Shown: in pieces, positions 1-6,919 of the stretch | Position numbering within the stretch: the first letter of the stretch is position 1 | Layout: the number at the start of each line of letters is the position of its first letter | Source: a virus | DNA length: 64,000 nucleotides | Strand: one strand, 5' to 3' | IMG/VR virus record: IMGVR_UViG_3300049172_000080 | Span: 1 to 64,000 of that record | Notes under the pieces: model-generated | Database searches by the model: none | Told to the model about the DNA's origin: nothing | Seen by the model: the letters and a program-made list of their open reading frames with translations, nothing else | Translations under genes and position numbers: made by a program

Positions 1-329
1 CCGGTGATCACACGTGGCGTCACGCTGCCGAACTCATAAGGGGCGCGACGCGCACGTTCCCAGCTCCGGCCGAATTCACGAAACGCCGCTCCGGCTTCCG
101 CCAGCCTCATTTGCACGGCCGGGGCCGCCCGCTCAGTGTTCTCGCGGAGCGCGCGGAGACTCGCGGCCACCTCATTCAGGCGTTCCTGTACGGGTGCCGT
201 ATCGACCTCGATGTGCACAGCGACGGCCCCGGGCCCTGACGGATCAATGCCGACAACCACGGAGCCCGCACTTTCGGCGTCTGTGCCGGGTGCGGGCTCC
301 GTGGCGGCGGGTGTGCGGTCCGATGGCAT
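1..329 (-). CDS. hypothetical protein (C-terminal part cut by window edge)
   Basis: Minus-strand frame opens at ATG 329-327 (ATGA overlap with the stop of 329..598) and stays open to position 1; GC-rich third positions; no domain recognised. Confidence 0.45.
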   Translation of the reverse strand, partial: MPSDRTPAATEPAPGTDAESAGSVVVGIDPSGPGAVAVHIEVDTAPVQERLNEVAASLRALRENTERAAPAVQMRLAEAGAAFREFGRSWERARRAPYEFGSVTPRVIT

Positions 330-598
330 CAGCCCTCCTGGACGGCCACCCACAGGGTGTCCTTGTCGGCCTGGGATCCTTCGGGGCTGACCTTCTCGGC
401 GAGGCCCTGCCGGCGCAGGCGGTCCAGGGACAGGTAGGTGACGGACTTGTTCAGGCCCATCTCCTCGGCGATCTCGTTGCGGGCCATCCCGTCGGGGGTG
501 GCTGCCTGGAGCAGGGCCAGGATCTTCCGGTCCCTCTCGATGGTCTCTGCGGGCCTCGGCCTTCCTCGCGGTGGGCGCTGCGGCGCGGTCACAGTCAT
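329..598 (-). CDS. winged helix-turn-helix DNA-binding protein (MarR/ArsR-like), candidate regulator
   Basis: 89-aa ORF; RDRKILALLQ..MARNEIAEEMGLNKSVTYLSLDRLRRQGL wHTH pattern; GAGGAAGGA just upstream of ATG; own promoter at 634-662. Confidence 0.8.
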   Translation of the reverse strand: MTVTAPQRPPRGRPRPAETIERDRKILALLQAATPDGMARNEIAEEMGLNKSVTYLSLDRLRRQGLAEKVSPEGSQADKDTLWVAVQEG

Positions 599-628
599 GA
601 TTCCTTCCTCGGTGATCAGGGTGTTGAT

Positions 629-662
629 GATTTATCTTAATCGGTATACCCCTGGCTGTCAC
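629..662 (-). promoter_or_regulatory. sigma70-type promoter overlapping a degenerate copy of the AT-rich 14-bp dyad
   Basis: Minus strand: GTGACA (662-657), 17-nt spacer, TAAGAT (639-634); dyad-like GATTTATCTTAATC at 629-642. Confidence 0.55.
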
Positions 663-964
663 GTCCCAAGCCCCGGCGACGTCAGCAGGCCCGAGGACCG
701 CACCAGCTCGCAGGCGTCGTCCACACCCAGGGGTTCCTTATCCGTGGCCAGGTGCGACGGAGTGAACCCAGACACCACCTGCAACGGCCCGCCGGGCGCG
801 GTGCCGGGCGGGCCGTGGGGTGTGCTCTTCAGTTCCATGTGATCTCGCAGCAGACGCTCATACGCCTCGCGCAGACAGGCGTATGAGCGTCGTAGATCCG
901 GAGTGGGGATGCGTTCCGCGCTGTGCCGGCCCATGCTGTCCGCCCTTCCGTCCGGCTCGGTCAA
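659..964 (-). CDS. hypothetical protein
   Basis: 101-aa ORF with coding-like GC3 in a leftward gene string; no domain recognised. Confidence 0.5.
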   Translation of the reverse strand: MTEPDGRADSMGRHSAERIPTPDLRRSYACLREAYERLLRDHMELKSTPHGPPGTAPGGPLQVVSGFTPSHLATDKEPLGVDDACELVRSSGLLTSPGLGT

Positions 965-1006
965 AGCCGGGGACGGTACCAGCGATCGGCGGTGTCGCCG
1001 AACGGG

Positions 1007-1477
1007 TTACTTCACCGCTCGGTTTTGCCAGGCGTCCCGCATCCCCGGGTCGAAAGAAGCGGCCTGCGACGCGGCCCGGGACGCCGGCGCGGTCAGGAAC
1101 GCATCCATGCCCCGGCGCGTGGTCAGCTTCTCCAGCACCTCATCTCCGGTGACCAGGCCCTCCCACTCGATGAAGTCCCTCTCCTCGGGAATGGTCGACG
1201 CCCCACGCTTGACCACCAGGTACGGCAGCGGCTCGGGGTTGCCCTCTTCGGAATCCACGGCGAAGATCCGAAGTTCCGTCCAGCGGCAGGTGGAGCAGTG
1301 GACCCCCTTGGGGGCGAACTCCGTGTCCGGGTGGTTCTGGTGCCGGGGCCGGAAACTGGACCCCATGCCCAGTAGCTCTCCGGTAATAGTGATCGACTGG
1401 CCGTGCTGGTCGGTAATCGTCCAGGTGCCGGCCTTGCCGACGGATCCCAGTCCGGGCAGGGGTGTGGGGCTCGTCAT
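1007..1477 (-). CDS. hypothetical protein
   Basis: ORF 1007..1522 trimmed to ATG 1477, which is preceded by GAGGAG; 156 aa; no domain recognised. Confidence 0.6.
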   Translation of the reverse strand: MTSPTPLPGLGSVGKAGTWTITDQHGQSITITGELLGMGSSFRPRHQNHPDTEFAPKGVHCSTCRWTELRIFAVDSEEGNPEPLPYLVVKRGASTIPEERDFIEWEGLVTGDEVLEKLTTRRGMDAFLTAPASRAASQAASFDPGMRDAWQNRAVK

Positions 1478-1593
1478 TGGTCTGCTCTCCTCAATCCGTG
1501 GTCCTGCTCCGAGCGTACCCACTGGGTAAACGTGCGCGTAGCCGAGTCCAGGCCGCGTCGGGAGCGTGGCGAGACAGCGTATCGGGTAAGTCT

Positions 1594-1607
1594 GATTTAG
1601 TGAAATG
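1594..1607 (+). promoter_or_regulatory. AT-rich dyad copy (GATTTAGTGAAATG) with extended -10-like TGATTTAGT
   Basis: Lies in the 86-bp divergent intergenic region upstream of the RuvC-like gene; member of the 14-copy dyad family. Confidence 0.45.
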
Positions 1608-1635
1608 AATGCGCCCAGATATGGAGGACCAAGGA

Positions 1636-2217
1636 ATGCGCATCATGGGGTGGGACCTGTCGATTACGTGCACCGGGGTGGCGTTCCCCGACGACTCCAC
1701 GGCCGTCATCAAGCCGCGCGGCAAGGGGTACAGCCGGCTGCTCGTGATCGAGGAACGTCTGTGCGCGGCTCTGCGTGTGGCCCGGCCGCAGCTCGTCGTG
1801 GTGGAGGACATCCGGGCCGGGCTGAAGGGCGACGCGGCCAAGGTCGTCCCGATGGTGCACGCGGTCGCTATCCTCGCTCTTGGGCGAGCCGGGGTCCCTT
1901 ACGCCTTGGTCAACGCGAAGACGCTGAAGCTGTACGCAACCGGCTACGGCGGTGGCTCCGATAAGGAGTCCATGGCGCTGGCTGCTCTCACCCGGGCCGG
2001 GCGGAAGTTCCCCGGCGACCCGGGCGGCGACCAGTGCGACGCGTGGTGGCTGCGGGCGGCCGGTCACGCCGCCTACGGCGAGCCTCTGGTCCAGATGCCC
2101 CAGCACAACATCGACGCGCTGCGCATGGTGGCCTGGCCAACTCTGCCTGAAGCGTTCCCGGTGTTCGCGCCGCCCGTACCGAAGCAGACCCGCCGCCGAC
2201 GGAAGGCGGCCGTCTGA
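1636..2217 (+). CDS. RuvC-like Holliday junction resolvase
   Basis: GWDLSITCTGVA, VVVEDI and DQCDAWW acidic motifs typical of the RuvC/RNase H fold; start set at ATG 1636 directly after a GACCAAGGA leader (the ORF opens at 1609). Confidence 0.75.
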   Translation: MRIMGWDLSITCTGVAFPDDSTAVIKPRGKGYSRLLVIEERLCAALRVARPQLVVVEDIRAGLKGDAAKVVPMVHAVAILALGRAGVPYALVNAKTLKLYATGYGGGSDKESMALAALTRAGRKFPGDPGGDQCDAWWLRAAGHAAYGEPLVQMPQHNIDALRMVAWPTLPEAFPVFAPPVPKQTRRRRKAAV

Positions 2218-2251
2218 CATGATGCCGACGCGGCCCTGGGCCGTACACACG

Positions 2252-2286
2252 GGAAGACCCCGAGCGCGCTCTGCTCGGGGTCTTCC
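2252..2286. terminator. bidirectional hairpin terminator between convergent genes
   Basis: Perfect 14-bp stem GGAAGACCCCGAGC/GCTCGGGGTCTTCC, 7-nt loop, followed by TTAT. Confidence 0.7.
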
Positions 2287-2306
2287 TTATGGGTGGTGCT
2301 GTGCGG

Positions 2307-2897
2307 TCAGCCGCCGAACGGGTCCGGCGCCTCGCCGCCCTCGCCGCCCTGCGCGAGGAACCCGGCCGCCTGGTGGCCGTTCTGGTCGGCTCGGGTGTAC
2401 TGCGCGGTGTGCGTGTGACCCCAGTTGTTCCCGTACTTGACGTCCTGGCCGCGAGTCACCCTGATGTACCCGCCGATCTCCGGAGCCCGGACACCGGCGT
2501 CACGCAGGGCCTTGCCGAGCGCCTTCTGCATGCTGCCCTTCACGTACAGGGTGCGCACACCGTCGTCGTCGGGGATCGGCTTCTCCACGTACCGGTTGGT
2601 CTCCCAGGTGACGCCGGTCGGCTGGCCCTGGATTTCGATGATGAGCTGCTCGACCGGCTTCGCGGACTGTGCGAACTTGAGCTTGGACTGCTCGACCTTC
2701 TCCTTCCCCTCCCAGAACAGCAGCTCGCCCGAGTCCTTGTCGGTCTGCTGCGCCATCCGGAAGGACAGGATGGTCCCCTCCACGACGAACCCGGGCTGGG
2801 GGAACTTCGCGGCGACGGTGCCCCCACCGAGGAACTGAGCCGCCTTGGCGGCATCAGCGCTGAAGGGGTCGGTCTGCGTCTGCGGTGCAGTGGTCAT
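2307..2897 (-). CDS. hypothetical protein, possible ssDNA-binding protein
   Basis: 196 aa from ATG 2897 (the longer ORF 5' extension reads as Arg/Pro junk); ends in an acidic ..GGEGGEAPDPFGG tail reminiscent of SSB C-terminal tips; sits next to the exonuclease; function tentative. Confidence 0.6.
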   Translation of the reverse strand: MTTAPQTQTDPFSADAAKAAQFLGGGTVAAKFPQPGFVVEGTILSFRMAQQTDKDSGELLFWEGKEKVEQSKLKFAQSAKPVEQLIIEIQGQPTGVTWETNRYVEKPIPDDDGVRTLYVKGSMQKALGKALRDAGVRAPEIGGYIRVTRGQDVKYGNNWGHTHTAQYTRADQNGHQAAGFLAQGGEGGEAPDPFGG

Positions 2898-2976
2898 GCC
2901 TGTGTCCTGTCTGCTGTGTTCCTGTGGCCTCCGCCGCCGGTGGCGAGGGAGGGGAGCCGGTGGAACGTGGCTCCGG

Positions 2977-3059
2977 TGCGCGGCCGGGTCTCGAACCCGG
3001 ATCTGTTGGACTGGATCGGGACAGTCCAACTGCTCTGTGCCTGTTGAGCTACCGCGCGT
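2977..3059 (-). ncRNA. tRNA-like element with aberrant anticodon arm
   Basis: 83 nt on the minus strand. Acceptor CGCGCGG/CCGCGCA (C1:A72 mismatch), U8, D arm GCTC-AACAGGCACA-GAGC, T arm CCGGG-TTCGAGA-CCCGG. The anticodon arm is a 9-bp stem GTTGGACTG/CAGTCCAAC with an 8-nt loop TCCCGATC. Confidence 0.45.
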
Positions 3060-3281
3060 CCAGCGTTTTACGGCCGCCGCCCGACCCCGATCCGCCCGCA
3101 CGGTGTTGGTGTTTCGCCCTTGGGCTACTTGCCTCACGGCTGGTGCGTCGTTGGGTCGCTGTGGCCCCGGGGCCGGGGGATGAGCCCCGGGGCAGCCTCT
3201 GTGGAGTTGATCCGGGAGAGTTTGTGACGATGAGTCAACTACGTCTGTCTCGCCCGGACTTGCTGTGCTCCGTATGCTTTT

Positions 3282-3312
3282 ATGATACCCCGGAAGCTGA
3301 TTTAGTTAAACC
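3282..3312 (-). promoter_or_regulatory. candidate leftward promoter plus AT-rich dyad copy (GATTTAGTTAAACC, 3299-3312)
   Basis: Minus strand: TTAACT (3309-3304), 16-nt spacer, TATCAT (3287-3282); located just after the exonuclease stop and upstream of the tRNA-like element. Confidence 0.4.
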
Positions 3313-3316
3313 CTTC

Positions 3317-4588
3317 TCAGCCGCCGGGTTCGGAGAGTTCCTTGAGCCGGTTCTGCATGACGGCCACCAGCTCGTCCACCTCCTCGTCGGGCAGGCCAGC
3401 CTTCTTCGCCTCCTTCCACACCGCCGAGGCGTCGCCATTGGACGTGACCGCGAGGGCCTTGTCCTTGAGGGACGGCGGCCGGACCGTGGTCCGCGTGGTG
3501 ACGGCCGGCTCGGGCCGCTGCGGCGTGAATGTGTCCGCCGCCTCAGAGACCATGACCGGGGAGGCGAGGGTGCGCACCTTGCGCCACTCCCTGACCCGCT
3601 CGCACAGGATGGCCGCGTTCCAGCCGGACTCCAGGTCGACGCCGTAGACGGTCGGCGTCTTCTCGGACGTCTTGTCCACCGGCAGGTGGATGATGACCCC
3701 GGCGTCCGTGCGGACCTTCGTTCCAGGCTTGTCGAACCGGCTCAGCGGGTCCGGCTCCCAGACCTCGTCGTGCCGGTCCCACACGCCAGCCGTGTTGATG
3801 CCCTGCGCGTACGTGCTGAGCTGGATCGCGTGCTCTTGCCAGCCGTAGTCCAGGTCCCGGCCCGTCTTCTTGTCGCCGATCACGTACTCACCCGGCGCCA
3901 GCCGAACCTCCGCCCGCCCGATCTTCAGCACGAGCGGCTTGGTGACCTTGTAGCAGTTGTCCGAGGTCCCGGCGACGCCGTACTGCTTGACGACCGTGGT
4001 GAACTCGATGAGGTGAGGTACCGGTTCGAGCCCGGTCTCCTCCAGCAAGCGGATGTACGTCTCCACCATCTCGCGGCAGTCCGGCGGAATCTGGTCCATG
4101 ACGCTGCGCGGTCCACCAGGAGAGTGCCACGCCCGGTCCACCATCTCCGTAAAAGAGTGCATTGCGGTGCCGTCGTTGGCGGCCACCTTGGCACCGGCGG
4201 CGTCCTTCAGATCCGCCGTCAGCTCGTCCAGCAGTTTCTTGTCCTCCCGGACGTGCTTGCCGTGCGCCCGCCGCACGAGGTCCGGGCGCATCGTCGCCCC
4301 GAGCAGCGCCATGCGCAGGCCCCACTGGGACAGGGCGTACGTGTCGCTGATCGACTTGGCGAACGTCGTGGACCGGGTCCACGCGGTCTCCTTGCCGGTG
4401 TCCGGGTGCGGGATCAGGTACCGGCCGTACCGGTCGCGCTTGGTCTCCTTCTCACCGTGCGCGCCCGAGCCGCCGGCGAGGAACTGCGCCGCCGCGTCGG
4501 CCTGGTTCTGCGTCCCGTTCACCGCCGGGGCCGACGGCCGCCCGCTGCCGAGGAAGGCTGCTGCCGCCGCACTCTGGTCAGTCGTCAC
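3317..4588 (-). CDS. alternative model: stand-alone PD-(D/E)XK exonuclease from GTG 4588
   Basis: In-frame GTG at 4588-4586, 8 nt upstream of the stop of the embedded ORF 4578..4787; would give a 423-aa nuclease. Confidence 0.45.
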   Translation of the reverse strand: MTTDQSAAAAAFLGSGRPSAPAVNGTQNQADAAAQFLAGGSGAHGEKETKRDRYGRYLIPHPDTGKETAWTRSTTFAKSISDTYALSQWGLRMALLGATMRPDLVRRAHGKHVREDKKLLDELTADLKDAAGAKVAANDGTAMHSFTEMVDRAWHSPGGPRSVMDQIPPDCREMVETYIRLLEETGLEPVPHLIEFTTVVKQYGVAGTSDNCYKVTKPLVLKIGRAEVRLAPGEYVIGDKKTGRDLDYGWQEHAIQLSTYAQGINTAGVWDRHDEVWEPDPLSRFDKPGTKVRTDAGVIIHLPVDKTSEKTPTVYGVDLESGWNAAILCERVREWRKVRTLASPVMVSEAADTFTPQRPEPAVTTRTTVRPPSLKDKALAVTSNGDASAVWKEAKKAGLPDEEVDELVAVMQNRLKELSEPGG

Positions 4589-6415
4589 CGCAGCACTCCT
4601 GCCGTTCCCAGCCGCCCTCGCCGTCGGCGCGGATGATGTCACCGATTCCGATTTCGGCGAAACAGCTAGCGCACTCGCCTTCGTAGGAGGCTTCGAACCA
4701 GGGGCCAGGGCCGTCGTTGCCCTGGTCGTTGTCCGCGTCGATGCCGCCGAAGAACGCGGCAACGCCTCCGTCCTGTCGTCCGTGCATTCCTTGGTCTCCT
4801 GTTCCGTGGTCACCTCGGTCGCCGGGTCCCCAGCGCCGCAGTACTCGCAGAATGAGCCGCTGTGCCCGAACTTGCCGTCGTCACCCCAGGCGTAGCTGTG
4901 GCGGCACGGCGCGCGCTCCACCAGCTCGCCGAGGTTGGGCAGGTCACCAGTGCGGCCCTTGTGCGGGCCGTCCACGACGACCGCGTGCACCACGCCGTTG
5001 GTCTCGCCGGTGACGCGCATGAGCGTGCCGCGCCGGGTGAAGTGGTCGCCCTCGTCCAGCTCGCTAAGGCGTACCTGCGGGTCATCGCCGGGGCTGTACT
5101 GCCCGGGGGTGTAATCGTCGTCCGGGCAGCCGCATCCCGCGCGGTGCGTCTCCGGGTGCGGGCAGTTGGGCAGCTCCGGGTCGGGGCCGACCGGCTCCAC
5201 GTCCTCGGGGTCTACGGCGCCGCAGATCGTGCAGGTGCTGACAACGCGGTCCTGACCGTCCTCGTCCAAGTCGTCGGCCGTGCCCTGAAACCCGTTCGGG
5301 TGCGTGCACGTCTCCCGGGTGCACTGAGCACACGCTACGGTGCCGTGCGGGACGTCCGTGCCGCAGCCGGGGCACCGGTGGTTGTCTGTGTCGCACTTCT
5401 CGCAGTACACCCAGCCTGGGTGGATGCGGCGCCACGTCTCGCACTCCGGCGTTTCGCAGGTCTCCCGGGACCCGGGGTGCACCCACTCGACGCCCGACTC
5501 GTCCAGGTGCTTGTGGTTCAACTCCGGGTCGAGCGGGACGCCGAGGACGGCCGACGCGGTGCGGTCCATGTGGGCCGCCGTCTCCGCTTTCTTCTCCGGG
5601 CTGCGCTGCTCCAGCACCTTGATGGCCTTGTCCGTCAGCTCCGACATCCGCGCGTCCCGAGCCCGCTGCTCGTCGGTGCGGTAGTCCGGGGCGACGACGG
5701 CCGCCAGGCGCTCCTGCTCCGCCGTCGACAGCCCGCTGTTCGTCGCCAGGGCCGCGCCCATGAATTGTTCGGCCTCGGTCCGGGTGTCGCCGTCCATCGC
5801 GTCCAGGACCGTCCCGGCACCGGCGGTCTCCCGCTCCAGCAGCGCCGTGAGGGGCGAGGCCTTGAACCGTTCGGACATGGTCGGCTGCTGCACGGTCGCC
5901 TGGTCCACGCCCCACGGCGCTGCGCCGGTGCCCTCAGCCTCCGCCAGGGCATCCAGCTCGGCGTCGCTGACGGCCCCTCCGGCCGCGCCGTGGCAGCCGT
6001 AGCACTGGCCCACCTGGACGTGCTCGCACTGGGCGCGCAGCGTGGCGACGAGACCGTCCGTCGTGCCGACGAGGTCCGGGTAGGTGCCCAGCGGGAAGTC
6101 GGAACCGCCGGGGCACTGGCGGGGCGTCTGTTCGGTGGTGAGGTGGGACCGGACCCGGCCGTTGCCGGTGAGCTGCACCGGGTGCTTGCACAGGCGGCAC
6201 TGCGGCTGCTTCTCCCCGGCCTCCATGTCCTCGGCGAGGGCCAGCCCTGCCGCACCGGCCGGCGGCTGACCGACGCCCTTGCACTTGCGGCTGTCTGGCC
6301 CGGCCTGGAAGTCGGGGTTCTCGGTGAAGTGGTGGCGGATCGTCTTGTTCGCCGTGACGGTGTATTCGTTGCCGCACACGGAGCACGGCTTGCGCTCAGG
6401 GGTCGTCTGAGTCAT
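3317..6415 (-). CDS. uninterrupted 1032-codon ORF: Cys-rich multi-zinc-ribbon N-terminal region joined in frame to a PD-(D/E)XK (RecB/Cas4-like) exonuclease
   Basis: No stop codon in this frame between 6415 and 3317; many CxxC pairs in the N-terminal 530 aa; the C-terminal part has GTSDN..VIGDKKTG..AIQLSTYAQG nuclease motifs; the central ~70 codons are low-complexity. Confidence 0.6.
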   Translation of the reverse strand: MTQTTPERKPCSVCGNEYTVTANKTIRHHFTENPDFQAGPDSRKCKGVGQPPAGAAGLALAEDMEAGEKQPQCRLCKHPVQLTGNGRVRSHLTTEQTPRQCPGGSDFPLGTYPDLVGTTDGLVATLRAQCEHVQVGQCYGCHGAAGGAVSDAELDALAEAEGTGAAPWGVDQATVQQPTMSERFKASPLTALLERETAGAGTVLDAMDGDTRTEAEQFMGAALATNSGLSTAEQERLAAVVAPDYRTDEQRARDARMSELTDKAIKVLEQRSPEKKAETAAHMDRTASAVLGVPLDPELNHKHLDESGVEWVHPGSRETCETPECETWRRIHPGWVYCEKCDTDNHRCPGCGTDVPHGTVACAQCTRETCTHPNGFQGTADDLDEDGQDRVVSTCTICGAVDPEDVEPVGPDPELPNCPHPETHRAGCGCPDDDYTPGQYSPGDDPQVRLSELDEGDHFTRRGTLMRVTGETNGVVHAVVVDGPHKGRTGDLPNLGELVERAPCRHSYAWGDDGKFGHSGSFCEYCGAGDPATEVTTEQETKECTDDRTEALPRSSAASTRTTTRATTALAPGSKPPTKASALAVSPKSESVTSSAPTARAAGNGRSAAVTTDQSAAAAAFLGSGRPSAPAVNGTQNQADAAAQFLAGGSGAHGEKETKRDRYGRYLIPHPDTGKETAWTRSTTFAKSISDTYALSQWGLRMALLGATMRPDLVRRAHGKHVREDKKLLDELTADLKDAAGAKVAANDGTAMHSFTEMVDRAWHSPGGPRSVMDQIPPDCREMVETYIRLLEETGLEPVPHLIEFTTVVKQYGVAGTSDNCYKVTKPLVLKIGRAEVRLAPGEYVIGDKKTGRDLDYGWQEHAIQLSTYAQGINTAGVWDRHDEVWEPDPLSRFDKPGTKVRTDAGVIIHLPVDKTSEKTPTVYGVDLESGWNAAILCERVREWRKVRTLASPVMVSEAADTFTPQRPEPAVTTRTTVRPPSLKDKALAVTSNGDASAVWKEAKKAGLPDEEVDELVAVMQNRLKELSEPGG
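4578..4787 (-). CDS. small acidic Cys-containing protein encoded out of frame inside the 1032-codon ORF
   Basis: 69-aa ORF preceded by GGAGACCAAGGA directly abutting ATG, the identical 15-mer (with ATG) found before gene 6490..6858; the sequence (..WFEASYEGECASCFAEIGIGDIIRADGEGGWERQECCGDD) looks protein-like whereas the overlapping frame is low-complexity. Confidence 0.55.
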   Translation of the reverse strand: MHGRQDGGVAAFFGGIDADNDQGNDGPGPWFEASYEGECASCFAEIGIGDIIRADGEGGWERQECCGDD

Positions 6416-6489
6416 TGCGGTACCTTCCTGCTTCCTTGGTCAAAGGCCTAATGGCCAGGTGGAGAGGGCCGCCGCAGCCCTCTCCGGGG

Positions 6490-6858
6490 TCACTCGTCGG
6501 CTGCCTCGCGCGCCGTGATGAGTCCGTCCAGCCGCTCGGCGATGCGGTAGTCGTCGTCCAGACCGGACATGTAGAACGTGTGCCGCAGTTCCTTCAGCAC
6601 GCCGAGCACCTCGGCCCGGATGGCGGCCGTCACCGCAGAGTCGGGGCCCGTGACGGGCTTCTCCTCGAACGGGTTCTCCGCGTCCTCGGCGCGCTGTTCG
6701 TCGGCTTCGTCGCAGGCTCCTCGGTAGGCGTAGGCCTGGAAGTCGTACGTCACCGTGTCAAGGTCGGAATCCTCGCGACGCTCAGCGACCTCGCCCAACG
6801 TCTTTACCGCTAGGGCGACCTCTTCCCGAATGATCGCCCTGAGCCTTGCGTCGTCCAT
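6490..6858 (-). CDS. highly acidic early protein
   Basis: 122 aa with 31 Asp/Glu and 15 Arg/Lys counted by eye; GGAGACCAAGGA-ATG leader; first gene after the dyad at 6880. Confidence 0.75.
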   Translation of the reverse strand: MDDARLRAIIREEVALAVKTLGEVAERREDSDLDTVTYDFQAYAYRGACDEADEQRAEDAENPFEEKPVTGPDSAVTAAIRAEVLGVLKELRHTFYMSGLDDDYRIAERLDGLITAREAADE

Positions 6859-6879
6859 TCCTTGGTCTCCGTTCCTACT

Positions 6880-6919
6880 GGTTTAGCTAAATCATACCCC
6901 GGACGTCCGGGGAAGGAAA
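6880..6919 (-). promoter_or_regulatory. AT-rich dyad copy (GGTTTAGCTAAATC) with candidate leftward promoter
   Basis: Minus strand: TTTCCT (6919-6914), 17-nt spacer, TATGAT (6896-6891) fused to the dyad (6880-6893); 22 nt upstream of the gene 6490..6858 leader. Confidence 0.5.

Noticed and set aside
2977-3059. tRNA-like element as the phage attP or as evidence of a prophage boundary
   Set aside because: It is 30 kb from the integrase and flanked on both sides by phage genes. It is also a full-length cloverleaf rather than a 3' tRNA fragment. The attP interpretation is therefore unsupported.
2885-4636. 583-aa plus-strand ORF (and similar ones at 4862-6451 and 6862-8661) overlapping the leftward exonuclease and helicase genes
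   Set aside because: They are Arg/Ala/Gly/Pro/Leu-rich low-complexity translations antisense to ORFs with clear nuclease and helicase motifs. These are typical shadow ORFs of high-GC DNA.
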